Assembly (NCBI GenBank): GCA_033763905.1
Contig: JANRJP010000037.1
Span: 32,001 to 96,000, forward strand
Length of the DNA: 64,000 bases
Source of the DNA: Gemmatimonadaceae bacterium
GTDB taxonomy: Bacteria > Gemmatimonadota > Gemmatimonadetes > Gemmatimonadales > Gemmatimonadaceae
Direction of reading: 5' to 3'
In this document: one piece after another, positions 17,168 through 26,540 of the stretch
Position numbering within the stretch: the stretch's first letter is position 1
Layout: each line of letters opens with the position of its first letter
The notes under the pieces: generated by a model
Databases searched by the model: none
Told to the model about the DNA's origin: nothing
What the model saw: the letters and a program-made list of their open reading frames with translations, nothing else
Program-made: the position numbers and the translations under genes

Positions 17168-19606
17168 GTGACCCGACGGCAGAGTTGGCTCGCCGGACTC
17201 GCGATGCTCGCCGTCACGCTGCTGCTCGGGCGTGCGGCGTCTGCCGCGTGGGCCGATGCGCAGTGGTTTGCCGCACTCGGCGCGGCCGAGGTGTGGCGGG
17301 CGCAGTGGCGTGACGAGATGCTCGCGCGCGGCGCCGCCTTTCTGATCGGCGCGACGTTCGCGGCGGCGAACATCTTCGGTGTGCGACAGTCGGTGCTGCT
17401 GCTCGTCCTGCCGCGCCGCGTCGGGAATCTCGATATCGGCGAACAAGTTCCCGCCCGCGCCCTGAACGTGGCGGTGTTCGTCCTGTCGACCCTCCTCGGG
17501 CTGGCGTTCGCGTGGCTCGCCCCGGGGAGCGCGACCCGCGTGCTCGGCGGGGCCGTCCCCTTCGACGAAACCGACCCCTACTTCGGACGGGACCTAGGGT
17601 TCTTCGTCCGTCGACTGCCGCTCGAAAGCGCGTGGTACGAGTGGGCGGTGCTGGTCGCGGCCGGTGTCGCGATCGCCGTGGTGGTGCTCTACGCGCTGAC
17701 GCCCGCGCTGCGCTGGCAGGCCGGTCGCCTGCGGATGAGTGGGTGGGTTCGGCGGCATCTCACGCTCCTTGGCGCGGCCGTGCTGGCGCTGCTCGCGTGG
17801 GGACTCCGGCTCGATGCGTACGCGCTCGCGATTGTCGGGAGCGGTGTCGACGGCGCGTTCACCGCCACCGATCATCGCATTCTGGTACCGGCCAACCTGC
17901 TGCTGAGCGTCGTGACACTGGCCGCCTCGCTGGTGGTGACGTGGGCCGGCTGGTCGGGCCAGCTGCGCGCCGCGTTCGCGAGCGTCAGTCTGGTCTTGGC
18001 CGGCGCGTTGCTGGTGCGTGGCGTGTTGCCGGTCGCCGGCGAGCGACTGCTCGACCCCGATGCCGATGGCTCGCGTGCCGCGGCGTACGCGTCGACGCGC
18101 GCGAGCTACACGCGGCGAGCCTACGGCGTGGACGCGATCCGGATGACCGACGACGGCCTGCGTCCGGCGACGACCGCCGCCGCGCTGGACGCCACCTCGG
18201 CGTGGGATCCCGCTGCCGTGCAGCGGGTGCTCGAGCGCAGCCGGCCTGGCGAGCGGGTGGTGGGCGATGCGGCCTGGACCACCGACCGTACCTTGGGCGT
18301 TCGGCTTGCGCTCGCCCCCGCATTGCCCGATCGCGGAGCCCCGTGGGACGTCGTCACGGCCGATGCCCGGATGGATGCCGACGGCACGGGACTGCCACTG
18401 CTCGCCGAGCGCTCGGTGGCGACCGCACACGTGTACGACGGGGCGACGGGACCGCTCGTGCTCGGTGATGGAGCCGGTCGCATCGCGGCGCCGGCGTTCA
18501 CGGGCCGCGCCTCGCGGCTCCTCCACGCCTGGGCGCTGCAACAACCGCGACTGCTCGTTGCGGAGGCGGCCGGCGCGGACGCCGTGGTGCTGACCGAGCG
18601 GGATGTGCGTCGGCGCCTCGAGCGCTTGGCGCCGGGATTCTTGCAGGGATCCACCGTGACGCCGATCGTCAGCGGCGACTCGCTCCTCTGGGCACTCGAC
18701 CTGTACAGCGCGAGCGCGACGTATCCGCTGAGCCGACGATTGGCCGTGCGCGAGGGCGATGTGACGTACTACCGCCACGCGGCCACGGCGCTGGTGCACG
18801 CCACGACGGGGATCGTGCGCATCGCGGCCCGCGCCGATCCGGACCCCTTGGCGCTTGGGTTGCTGCAGCCGCTGGCCCCGCTGGTGATCGGTCGCGATCG
18901 CCTGCCGGAGTCGATCGCGGTCGCGCTGCCGGTGCCGGTCGATGGCGCGCGCGCGCAAGCCGCAGCGTTCGCCTTCGCCGGATCGCGGGATGCCCCGGCT
19001 AAGATGCCGCGACGCGTGCCGATCGCCGACGGCGCCGACACCGTGCTGTCCGGCGGTGGGCCAACCCTGCATCGGCTGGCGGGCGTGCCGACGTGGACCA
19101 CTCCGGTGGTGGGAGACAACGACGCGCTGCTCGGTGTGATCGCCGCCAGCGGCGGCGAAGTGCCGACCACGCGCTGGGTGCCTGCCGCGGCGGCCCTCCC
19201 GTGGGGGCAGGCATTGGAGAAGCTCGCGACGGCTGACGGCGGGATGCAGCGCGACCTGCGTCGCGTCTCGGGGCGGGTGCGCACGATCCCTCGCGCCGAC
19301 GGCGGCGTGGTGCTGGTGCAGCCGAGGTATCTCTGGCCGGTGGCCGGTGTGCCGACCTTGGAAGGCGTCGTCGCGCTGGCGGACGGCGCGGTGCGCAGTG
19401 GGCGGAGCTTGGCGGCGATCGGCGCGCCGCAGACGGCGGCGGCGGCCGAGCAGCCGCTGGACGCCGTGACGCGGGATCGGTTGGCCCCGGTGTACGACCG
19501 CATGCGCGACGCCTTGCGACGCGGTGATTTCGCCGAGTTCGGTCGGTTGCTCGACCGGTTCGGTCGCTTGCTCGGCAGGGTGCCGGACCCTGTGCGCGAC
19601 CGGTAG
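17168..19606 (+). CDS. UPF0182-family membrane protein (divergent)
   Basis: N-terminal TMs with WF..LG, DPYFGRDLGFF..LP, TRRAYG, RDVRRRL..LAP, C-terminal ALRRGDFAEFG; these resemble UPF0182 motifs. Confidence 0.75.
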   Translation: MTRRQSWLAGLAMLAVTLLLGRAASAAWADAQWFAALGAAEVWRAQWRDEMLARGAAFLIGATFAAANIFGVRQSVLLLVLPRRVGNLDIGEQVPARALNVAVFVLSTLLGLAFAWLAPGSATRVLGGAVPFDETDPYFGRDLGFFVRRLPLESAWYEWAVLVAAGVAIAVVVLYALTPALRWQAGRLRMSGWVRRHLTLLGAAVLALLAWGLRLDAYALAIVGSGVDGAFTATDHRILVPANLLLSVVTLAASLVVTWAGWSGQLRAAFASVSLVLAGALLVRGVLPVAGERLLDPDADGSRAAAYASTRASYTRRAYGVDAIRMTDDGLRPATTAAALDATSAWDPAAVQRVLERSRPGERVVGDAAWTTDRTLGVRLALAPALPDRGAPWDVVTADARMDADGTGLPLLAERSVATAHVYDGATGPLVLGDGAGRIAAPAFTGRASRLLHAWALQQPRLLVAEAAGADAVVLTERDVRRRLERLAPGFLQGSTVTPIVSGDSLLWALDLYSASATYPLSRRLAVREGDVTYYRHAATALVHATTGIVRIAARADPDPLALGLLQPLAPLVIGRDRLPESIAVALPVPVDGARAQAAAFAFAGSRDAPAKMPRRVPIADGADTVLSGGGPTLHRLAGVPTWTTPVVGDNDALLGVIAASGGEVPTTRWVPAAAALPWGQALEKLATADGGMQRDLRRVSGRVRTIPRADGGVVLVQPRYLWPVAGVPTLEGVVALADGAVRSGRSLAAIGAPQTAAAAEQPLDAVTRDRLAPVYDRMRDALRRGDFAEFGRLLDRFGRLLGRVPDPVRDR

Positions 19607-19686
19607 CTTTCGGTGCTCCGCAGGGCGCGGGGCGCTTGCCATTCGAACCCCGCCGGGCGTGCGCGCTCGGCTACTGGAGTGAACTG

Positions 19687-20826
19687 GTGAATATCCACGA
19701 GTTTCAGGCGAAGGACATCCTTCGCCGCTACGGTGTACCGATTCCGCCGGGTGAGGTCGCCCGCACCGCCGATGAGGCGCACGCGATCGCGACGAAGATC
19801 GGCAAGGCCGTGATGGTGAAGGCGCAGGTGCACGCGGGTGGCCGCGGCAAGGCGGGCGGCGTGAAGTTCTGCCCGACCCCCGACGTGGCCAAGGAGAAGG
19901 CGACGGCCATTCTCGGGATGGACATCAAGGGGCTGACGGTCGAGCAGGTGCTCGTGACCGAAGCGGCCGACATCGGCACCGAGGCCTATGTGGGCATCAT
20001 CGTGGATCGCGCCACGAAAAAGGCGGTCTTTATGGTGAGCGCGGCGGGCGGCATCGACATCGAAGAAGTCGCGGCCACGACGCCCGAGAAGATCAAGTAT
20101 CACCCGGTGGACGCGCGCTACGGCCTGCGGCCGTACGAGGCGATGCAGCTCGGCTTCTTCCTGTACAAGGACGTGAAGCAGGCGAAGGCCGCGGCGAACA
20201 TCATGCGCCAGTTGTATCAGGCGTTCGTCGACGCTGGCTGCTCGCTGGCCGAGATCAACCCGCTGGTGGTGACGCCGACGGGCGAGGTGATCGCGGTCGA
20301 CGCCAAGATGGTGATCGACGACAACGAGCTCGACCGCAAGCCGGCCATTGCCGCGCTGCGCGACGAGTCGTCGGAAGCGCCGAGCGAAGTCGAGGCGCGC
20401 AAGGCAAACCTCACGTTCATCAAGCTCGACGGCAACGTCGGCTGCGTCGTCAACGGCGCCGGCCTGGCGATGGCCACGATGGACCTCGTGAAGTACTACG
20501 GCGGCGAGCCCGCGAACTTCCTCGATATCGGCGGCTCGTCGAATCCGGAGAAGGTCGTCAACGCGCTGCGCATCATCACGGCCGATCCGAACGTGAAGGC
20601 CATTCTGTTCAACATTTTCGGCGGGATCACGCGCACCGATGACGTCGCGAACGGCATCGTGACGGCGACGAAGGCGAACCCGCTCAAGGTGCCGATCGTC
20701 ATCCGACTGACGGGCACCAATGAGGAGATCGCGGTGAAGATCCTGCAGGAGAACGGCTTCTCGGCGTCGAGCGATATGGACGAAGCAGTGCAGCGCGCTG
20801 TCGAGCTCGCCAAGGGGGGCAAGTAA
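19687..20826 (+). CDS. sucC: succinyl-CoA ligase beta subunit
   Basis: [46 protein letters not shown] upstream of GTG. Confidence 0.97.
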   Translation: MNIHEFQAKDILRRYGVPIPPGEVARTADEAHAIATKIGKAVMVKAQVHAGGRGKAGGVKFCPTPDVAKEKATAILGMDIKGLTVEQVLVTEAADIGTEAYVGIIVDRATKKAVFMVSAAGGIDIEEVAATTPEKIKYHPVDARYGLRPYEAMQLGFFLYKDVKQAKAAANIMRQLYQAFVDAGCSLAEINPLVVTPTGEVIAVDAKMVIDDNELDRKPAIAALRDESSEAPSEVEARKANLTFIKLDGNVGCVVNGAGLAMATMDLVKYYGGEPANFLDIGGSSNPEKVVNALRIITADPNVKAILFNIFGGITRTDDVANGIVTATKANPLKVPIVIRLTGTNEEIAVKILQENGFSASSDMDEAVQRAVELAKGGK

Positions 20827-20827
20827 G

Positions 20828-21700
20828 ATGGCCGTCTTCATCGACAAGAACACCAAGCTCATCGTGCAGGGCATCACGGGCCGCGACGGCTCGTTCCACG
20901 CCAAGCAGATGATGGAGTACGGCACGCAGGTCGTCGGCGGCGTCACGCCCGGCAAGGGCGGGATGAAGTTCGAGGACAAGGTCCCCGTCTTTGACACCGT
21001 CGAGCAGGCGGTGCAGGCGACGGGCGCCAACGCGAGCGTCATCTACGTGCCGCCGATGGGCGCAGCCGACGCCATTATGGAAGCCGCCGCCGCTGGCGTG
21101 CAGCTCATCGTCTGCATCACCGAAGGCGTGCCGGTGCTCGATATGACCGTCGTGCGTCCGTTCGTCATCGAGAAGGGCGCGCGCCTGCTCGGGCCGAATT
21201 GCCCGGGGCTCATCACGCCGGGCGAGTCGAAGGTCGGCATCATCCCGGGTCGCATTTGCACGCCGGGACCGGTGGGCATCGTCAGCCGCTCCGGCACGCT
21301 GACGTACGAGATCGTCTACCAGCTCACGCGCGCTGGCATCGGCCAGACCACCTGCGTCGGCATCGGTGGTGACCCGATCAACGGCACCAGCTTCATCGAC
21401 GCCCTCGAGGCGTTCGAGAAGGATCCGAAGACCAAGGCCGTGTGCATGATGGGTGAGATCGGCGGGACGGATGAGCAGGAAGCCGCCGAGTTCATCAAGC
21501 GCGAAATGAAGAAGCCGGTCGTCGGCTTCATCGCGGGCCAGACGGCGCCCCCGGGCCGCCGGATGGGACACGCGGGCGCGATCATCTCGGGCTCCAGCGG
21601 CACGGCCGCCGAGAAGATCGAGGCCTTCAAGGCCGCGGGGATGGGCGTCGCGGCCCGTCCGAAGGACTTCGTGGACCTGATCAAGGCACGCCTCGCGTAA
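20828..21700 (+). CDS. sucD: succinyl-CoA ligase alpha subunit
   Basis: [28 protein letters not shown]. Confidence 0.98.
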   Translation: MAVFIDKNTKLIVQGITGRDGSFHAKQMMEYGTQVVGGVTPGKGGMKFEDKVPVFDTVEQAVQATGANASVIYVPPMGAADAIMEAAAAGVQLIVCITEGVPVLDMTVVRPFVIEKGARLLGPNCPGLITPGESKVGIIPGRICTPGPVGIVSRSGTLTYEIVYQLTRAGIGQTTCVGIGGDPINGTSFIDALEAFEKDPKTKAVCMMGEIGGTDEQEAAEFIKREMKKPVVGFIAGQTAPPGRRMGHAGAIISGSSGTAAEKIEAFKAAGMGVAARPKDFVDLIKARLA

Positions 21701-21705
21701 GCCTC

Positions 21706-21768
21706 CTTCGTGCCCTTCGTGCCTTGGTGGTGAAAGGCCTTTACCACGATGGCACGAAGAGCACGAAG
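21706..21768. repeat. 63-bp imperfect palindrome (REP-like, GCACGAAG units)
   Basis: CTTCGTGCCCTTCGTGCCTTGGTGGTG-AAAGGCCTTT-ACCACGATGGCACGAAGAGCACGAAG; arms are near reverse complements. Confidence 0.8.
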
Positions 21769-21801
21769 AACAACACACGACATCTCACAAGAGAACCAAC
21801 A

Positions 21802-22224
21802 ATGGCCGGCAATCTGACCCTCGCAATCGTCAAGCCTGACGCCTATGCCGCTGGCAAGGCGGGGCTCATCATCGCGCATCTCGAGAAGGAAGGCTTCAAG
21901 GTCCTCGCGGCACAGGTCAAGCACCTGACGAAGGCTGAGGCGGGGGCGTTCTACGAAGTGCACGCGGCTCGTCCGTTCTATGGCGAGCTCGTCGAGTTCA
22001 TGACCTCGGGGCCGTGCGTCCCGCTGGTGCTCAAGCGCGCTGACGCGGTGGCGACGCTCCGCACCGTCATTGGTGCGACCGATCCCGCGGAGGCGGCGCC
22101 GGGCACCATTCGCAAGCTTTATGCGGAGTCCAAGGGGAAGAATGCCATTCACGCATCCGATTCCGACGAGAACGCCGCACGCGAGACCCGGTTCTTCTTC
22201 GCCGAGACGCAGTTCCTCGGCTGA
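21802..22224 (+). CDS. ndk: nucleoside diphosphate kinase
   Basis: TLAIVKPDA, FMTSGP, GATDP, NAIHASDS. Confidence 0.97.
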   Translation: MAGNLTLAIVKPDAYAAGKAGLIIAHLEKEGFKVLAAQVKHLTKAEAGAFYEVHAARPFYGELVEFMTSGPCVPLVLKRADAVATLRTVIGATDPAEAAPGTIRKLYAESKGKNAIHASDSDENAARETRFFFAETQFLG

Positions 22225-22232
22225 CGCACTCG

Positions 22233-22260
22233 GCCGCCGTCTCCGTTTGGGGGCGGCGGC
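22233..22260 (+). terminator. GC-rich hairpin after ndk (possible terminator, weak U-tract)
   Basis: GCCGCCGTCTCC-GTTT-GGGGGCGGCGGC. Confidence 0.4.
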
Positions 22261-23710
22261 TGTCATCGCGTTGGGGACGGCCGCGCCATCACTCGCGGCG
22301 CAACGTGCGGTCGTGGCCGTGTCGATTTCGGCGGCCAGCGGCGCGCCCGTGCCTGACGTCGAAGCAGTGGTCCTGGGCGCACCGGGACGAGCGCGCAGTG
22401 GCGCCGACGGCATTGCCCGGATCAGTGTGCCGGCCGGCAGCGGGGTCGTTCGGCTGCGGCCATCGGGCGCGCCGCCGCTGTTTGTTCGATACGCGCTGAG
22501 GCCGGATGATACGGCGCGCGTCGCCGTCACGGTGACCGCCGCGTCGCCGGTGGTCGGCCCAGCGGCGGAGGGCGTGGACAGCACGCCCGAGCGCCGCCGC
22601 GCGTCCGGCCGGTACCGCGAACAACCCAGCCTCTCGCCCAGCGCGCTGACCCGTCGTCCGACGAGTCCACTCGGGACGGTGCTGCGCGGCCTCGACGGGA
22701 TCCGGCTGCTCGAGGATCACCCCGGGGGACCATCGCTCGCGTTCCCGCAGGCTGACGGCGGCTGGTGCCGCCCCGCGCTGGTGGTGGATGACGTCGTCCT
22801 CGAGCCCGCGGCGGATGCGCGCGCCGCCGGCGAGAGCGCGACGTCGGGATGGCTGGATGCCCTCACCGCGGGGATGCTGTCGTCGGTGGAGATCTGGTTC
22901 GCCGGGCGGCCGCTGCCGCCGCACTTCGCACCCATCGTGGCCACCTGCGGCGCGATCGTAGCCACGAGCCGTGGCGATACGCCGGACGCCTTCCGCGTCA
23001 CGGAGCAGGGGTCGGGATCGGCCGCGGTGGCCTTGACCGCGATGGTGGTCGACGGGGCAGGGGGCGTCGTGGCCGAGGCGCAGGTAAGCGTGGTGGGCAC
23101 ATCGATCCGCGGCACGACCAATTCGCGCGGCGTCGTCGTGCTCCGAGACGTACCGGAGGGTCCGCGGCTGCTTCGGGTGCAAAAGGTGGGGCATTTGCCG
23201 ATGACCTCCCCGGTCACCGTCAGCCGCGCCGACACCATCACTAACGTGTTCGAGTTGCCGCGCGTGACCGGTGCGCAGCTGCTCGATACGGTGAATGTCG
23301 CCGGCCGCCGAGGGCTAGTGCCGATGTCGGACGTCCCGGTGATGCTCCGAGGATTCGAGGAACGTCGCCGATCGCAGCGGTATCCCGCGGCGACCTACAT
23401 CTCCCGGGACGACAATGCGCGGCGGTCCGAGCAGGCCGTGAGCGACTGGCTCCGGGTGTCCTCCCGCATCCGGGTCCAGAGCGGCTCCCGCCGCTACGTC
23501 GAGCTCCGCGGAGGCTCAGGGCGCAGCCGCTGGTGTCTCCCTCACGTGTTTCTGGACGGCAACGTCCTGAGCACGTCCGGGGTGGTCGACGACGTCAGTC
23601 CGACCACCGTGGCGGCGGTGGAAGTGCACTCCGTGACGGCGGGCGCCCCCTCGGAATTCATCCGGCCGGGCAACTCGTGCGGCGTCGTGCTGATCTGGTC
23701 GCTGACCTGA
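22247..23710 (+). CDS. exported protein with two (carboxypeptidase-regulatory-like + TonB-plug-like) modules; start uncertain
   Basis: signal-like N-terminus; VVDGAGGVVAEAQV..GTTNSRG..LRVQKVGH; repeated C.P..vDG...VE...CG motif. Confidence 0.65.
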   Translation: MGAAAVIALGTAAPSLAAQRAVVAVSISAASGAPVPDVEAVVLGAPGRARSGADGIARISVPAGSGVVRLRPSGAPPLFVRYALRPDDTARVAVTVTAASPVVGPAAEGVDSTPERRRASGRYREQPSLSPSALTRRPTSPLGTVLRGLDGIRLLEDHPGGPSLAFPQADGGWCRPALVVDDVVLEPAADARAAGESATSGWLDALTAGMLSSVEIWFAGRPLPPHFAPIVATCGAIVATSRGDTPDAFRVTEQGSGSAAVALTAMVVDGAGGVVAEAQVSVVGTSIRGTTNSRGVVVLRDVPEGPRLLRVQKVGHLPMTSPVTVSRADTITNVFELPRVTGAQLLDTVNVAGRRGLVPMSDVPVMLRGFEERRRSQRYPAATYISRDDNARRSEQAVSDWLRVSSRIRVQSGSRRYVELRGGSGRSRWCLPHVFLDGNVLSTSGVVDDVSPTTVAAVEVHSVTAGAPSEFIRPGNSCGVVLIWSLT

Positions 23711-23758
23711 GTCCGTGCGGCGTGGGTGACAGGCCCTAAGTCAGCGTCCCACCGAGAC

Positions 23759-23787
23759 TTGATACGCGGCCCCGAGGCCGGTAGAAT
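23759..23787 (+). promoter_or_regulatory. sigma70-type promoter for yceD-rpmF-plsX-fab operon
   Basis: TTGATA-17 bp-TAGAAT, ending 8 nt before the ATG at 23796. Confidence 0.7.
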
Positions 23788-23795
23788 TCGGGGTT

Positions 23796-24305
23796 ATGCT
23801 GCTGTTCGACATCCGGACGGCCGCCTCGAAGGCGGTGCCGGTCGATGGGACGCTGGAGCGAGATGACGCCGTCTGGATAGACGGTGACACTCGTCCTGCC
23901 GAGTCGGTGCACGTGACCGGCCGGCTATCACCCGCTGGGCAGGGGACGCTGTATTTCAGCGGCCAGCTCACGGGTGAGGCAACCGCGGAGTGTCGGCGCT
24001 GTCTGGCCGATGCGCGGGTCCCAGTGACTGACGACGTGCATTTGGTGTTCGCGGAAGCGGGCACCGAAGGTGCGGACGATCCCGATGTGTATCCGTTGGA
24101 CGCGCAGAGCGGCTCGCTCGATCTGCGCCCGGCGGTACGGGAACAGTGGCTCCTGGCGGCGCCGGCGTACGCGCTGTGCCGCGAGGATTGCAAGGGGCTG
24201 TGTTCGACGTGCGGGGCGGATCTCAATGCAGGTCCGTGTTCGTGCCAGAAGGCGCCCGATCCGCGGTGGGCAGCGTTGTCCAAGCTGACGACCGACCGTT
24301 CCTGA
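23796..24305 (+). CDS. yceD: DUF177/YceD family protein
   Basis: ECRRCL and LCREDCKGLCSTCG..LN..C.C...DPRW; directly upstream of rpmF. Confidence 0.92.
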   Translation: MLLFDIRTAASKAVPVDGTLERDDAVWIDGDTRPAESVHVTGRLSPAGQGTLYFSGQLTGEATAECRRCLADARVPVTDDVHLVFAEAGTEGADDPDVYPLDAQSGSLDLRPAVREQWLLAAPAYALCREDCKGLCSTCGADLNAGPCSCQKAPDPRWAALSKLTTDRS

Positions 24306-24335
24306 CCGACTTCACGCCGTTTTCCAGAGACTCCG

Positions 24336-24518
24336 ATGGCCGTCCCGAAGCGCCGCACCTCGAAGCAGCGCAAGCGTCTGCGCAACACCCACAAGAAGGC
24401 TCCCGCGATCGTCATTCAGACGTGCCCCCGTTGCGGCGCGATGAAGCGCCCGCACCGCGTGTGCGCCGAGTGCGGCTACTACGCGGGTACGCAGCGCACG
24501 GCCGGCCGGGACGCCTGA
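24336..24518 (+). CDS. rpmF: 50S ribosomal protein L32 (Zn-ribbon type)
   Basis: MAVPKRRTSK...CPRCG..PHRVCAECGYY. Confidence 0.97.
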   Translation: MAVPKRRTSKQRKRLRNTHKKAPAIVIQTCPRCGAMKRPHRVCAECGYYAGTQRTAGRDA

Positions 24519-24519
24519 G

Positions 24520-25548
24520 TTGGCGCGCATCGCGCTCGACGCGATGGGGGGCGACCACGCACCCATCGCCCCGATCGCCGGCGCGCTCCTCGCACTTCCA
24601 ACGCTCGATCCGGCCCACCACATCCAACTGGTGGGTCCGACGGCGCGCATCACCGAGCTGCTCGACCAGCTGATTGCTGGGGAGCACGCCGCGGCAGCGC
24701 CGCATCGGCATCGGATCGAGATCGTCGAGGCGCCCGACGTCATCGAAATGACCGACAAGCCGTCCGTCGCCCTCCGCGGCAAGCCGCAGAGTTCGATGGT
24801 CGTCGGGATTCGTCTCCAAGCCGAAGGCAAGTCGGACGCCTTTGTCTCGGCGGGCAACACGGGCGCACAGATGGCCGCGTCGGCCTTCGTGCTCAAGCTG
24901 CACGCGGGGCTCAAGCGTCCCGCGATTTCGACGATCTTTCCCACCGCGACACGCCCCGTGGTCGTCCTCGACTCCGGTGCGAATATGGACTGCAGCCCGG
25001 AGGAGCTCGTGCAGTTCGCGCGCTTGGGTGCCGTCTATGCCGAAGACATTCTCGGCCGCGCCAATCCGGCGGTCGGTCTGGTCTCGGTCGGCGAAGAAGA
25101 GGAGAAGGGCAACCTCGCGGTGAAGGAAGCGCACCAGCTCCTCAAGGCCAGCGGGCTCAACTTCATCGGCAACGTGGAAGGGCGTGACATTCCCAAGGGG
25201 ATTTCCGCCCACGGCCCGATCGACGTCGTGGTCTGCGACGGATTCACCGGCAACGTCGTGCTCAAGTTCTACGAAGCCGTCGTGCCGTTCCTGGGCGGTC
25301 TGGTCGCGAAGCAGGGCGTGCCGAAGGAAGTGATCGGCCAGGCCTTCGCCGAGCTCGATCCGAATGTCCACGGCGGTGCGCCGCTGCTCGGCGTCCGCGG
25401 CGTCAGCATCATTGCCCACGGCAGCTCGTCGGCCCGCGCGCTCAAGAATGCGATCGGCGTCGCGGTCCGCGCGGTCGAGACGCGAATGGACGAGCACATC
25501 GGCCGCCGGCTCGACGCCGCGGCCGCCGCGGCCGCCGCGACGTCGTGA
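24520..25548 (+). CDS. plsX: phosphate acyltransferase PlsX
   Basis: IALDAMGGDHAP, SAGNTGA, GNVEGRD, VCDGFTGNVVLK. Confidence 0.97.
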   Translation: MARIALDAMGGDHAPIAPIAGALLALPTLDPAHHIQLVGPTARITELLDQLIAGEHAAAAPHRHRIEIVEAPDVIEMTDKPSVALRGKPQSSMVVGIRLQAEGKSDAFVSAGNTGAQMAASAFVLKLHAGLKRPAISTIFPTATRPVVVLDSGANMDCSPEELVQFARLGAVYAEDILGRANPAVGLVSVGEEEEKGNLAVKEAHQLLKASGLNFIGNVEGRDIPKGISAHGPIDVVVCDGFTGNVVLKFYEAVVPFLGGLVAKQGVPKEVIGQAFAELDPNVHGGAPLLGVRGVSIIAHGSSSARALKNAIGVAVRAVETRMDEHIGRRLDAAAAAAAATS

Positions 25549-26534
25549 CGCGCCCCTACGCGATGATCACGGGGACCGGTCGCGCGGTCCCCGCCTACGC
25601 GATGTCGAATCACGACTTCGCGGCGATCGGCATCGACACCAACGACGAGTGGATTCGCGAACGCACCGGCATCCGCCAACGCTACATCTCGCGTGATGGC
25701 GAGACCTGCGTGTCGCTGGCGGCCGACGCGTCGCGTCAGGCGCTGGCCCGCGCCGGCGTCAGCGCCGAGCAGGTCGACCTCATCGTCTTCGGCACCTGCT
25801 CCCCCGACAAGTTGCTGCCCGCGGCGGGCGCGGAGATGCAGGCGCAACTCGGCGCAGTGAATGCCGCGGCGTTCGATCTCAATGCCGCGTGCACGAGCTT
25901 CGTGTACGGGATGAGCGTGGCCGAAGGCTTCATTGCGGCGGGCAGCGCCGAGACGGTGCTGGTGATCGGCGCCGAGAAGCTCTCGGGCATCATCAACTGG
26001 AAGGACCGCAACACCTGCGTCCTGTTCGGCGATGGCGCCGGGGCGGCGGTGGTGCGCAAGTCCGACGGGACGCGTGGGGTGCTGTCGCGCTTTATGCGGA
26101 GCGACGGCAATCTGGCGCCGCTGCTGTATCGCCCCCGCGGCGGCTCTGCCGAGCCGATGACCGCCGAGATGCTGGCCGACGGCTCCCATCTCGTCACGAT
26201 GGCGGGACGCGAGACGTTCAAGCACGCGGTGCGCTCGATGAACGAGGCGCTGGATCGTGCGCTGGCGGATGCCGGGATGACGGCCGATGATATCGATCTG
26301 CTGATCCCGCACCAGGCCAACCTCCGGATCATCGAAGCCACGGCCAAGCACGGCGGGATGTCGATGGACAAGGTGTTCGTGAATGTCGACCGCTACGGCA
26401 ACACCTCGGCGGCGTCGGTGCCGATCGCGCTCGATGAGGCGATTACCTCCGGTCGCGTGCAGCCGGGAATGCGCGTGATGCTCGTGGCGTTCGGGGCCGG
26501 GTTCACCTGGTCGTCCGCCATTCACCAGTTCTGA
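25545..26534 (+). CDS. fabH: beta-ketoacyl-ACP synthase III
   Basis: DLNAACTSF, LFGDGAGA, PHQAN, YGNTSAAS. Confidence 0.97.
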   Translation: MTRPYAMITGTGRAVPAYAMSNHDFAAIGIDTNDEWIRERTGIRQRYISRDGETCVSLAADASRQALARAGVSAEQVDLIVFGTCSPDKLLPAAGAEMQAQLGAVNAAAFDLNAACTSFVYGMSVAEGFIAAGSAETVLVIGAEKLSGIINWKDRNTCVLFGDGAGAAVVRKSDGTRGVLSRFMRSDGNLAPLLYRPRGGSAEPMTAEMLADGSHLVTMAGRETFKHAVRSMNEALDRALADAGMTADDIDLLIPHQANLRIIEATAKHGGMSMDKVFVNVDRYGNTSAASVPIALDEAITSGRVQPGMRVMLVAFGAGFTWSSAIHQF

Positions 26535-26540
26535 TCGCTC

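Noticed and set aside
21706..21768. Repeat as a CRISPR array
   Set aside because: Single palindrome; no spacers and no cas genes
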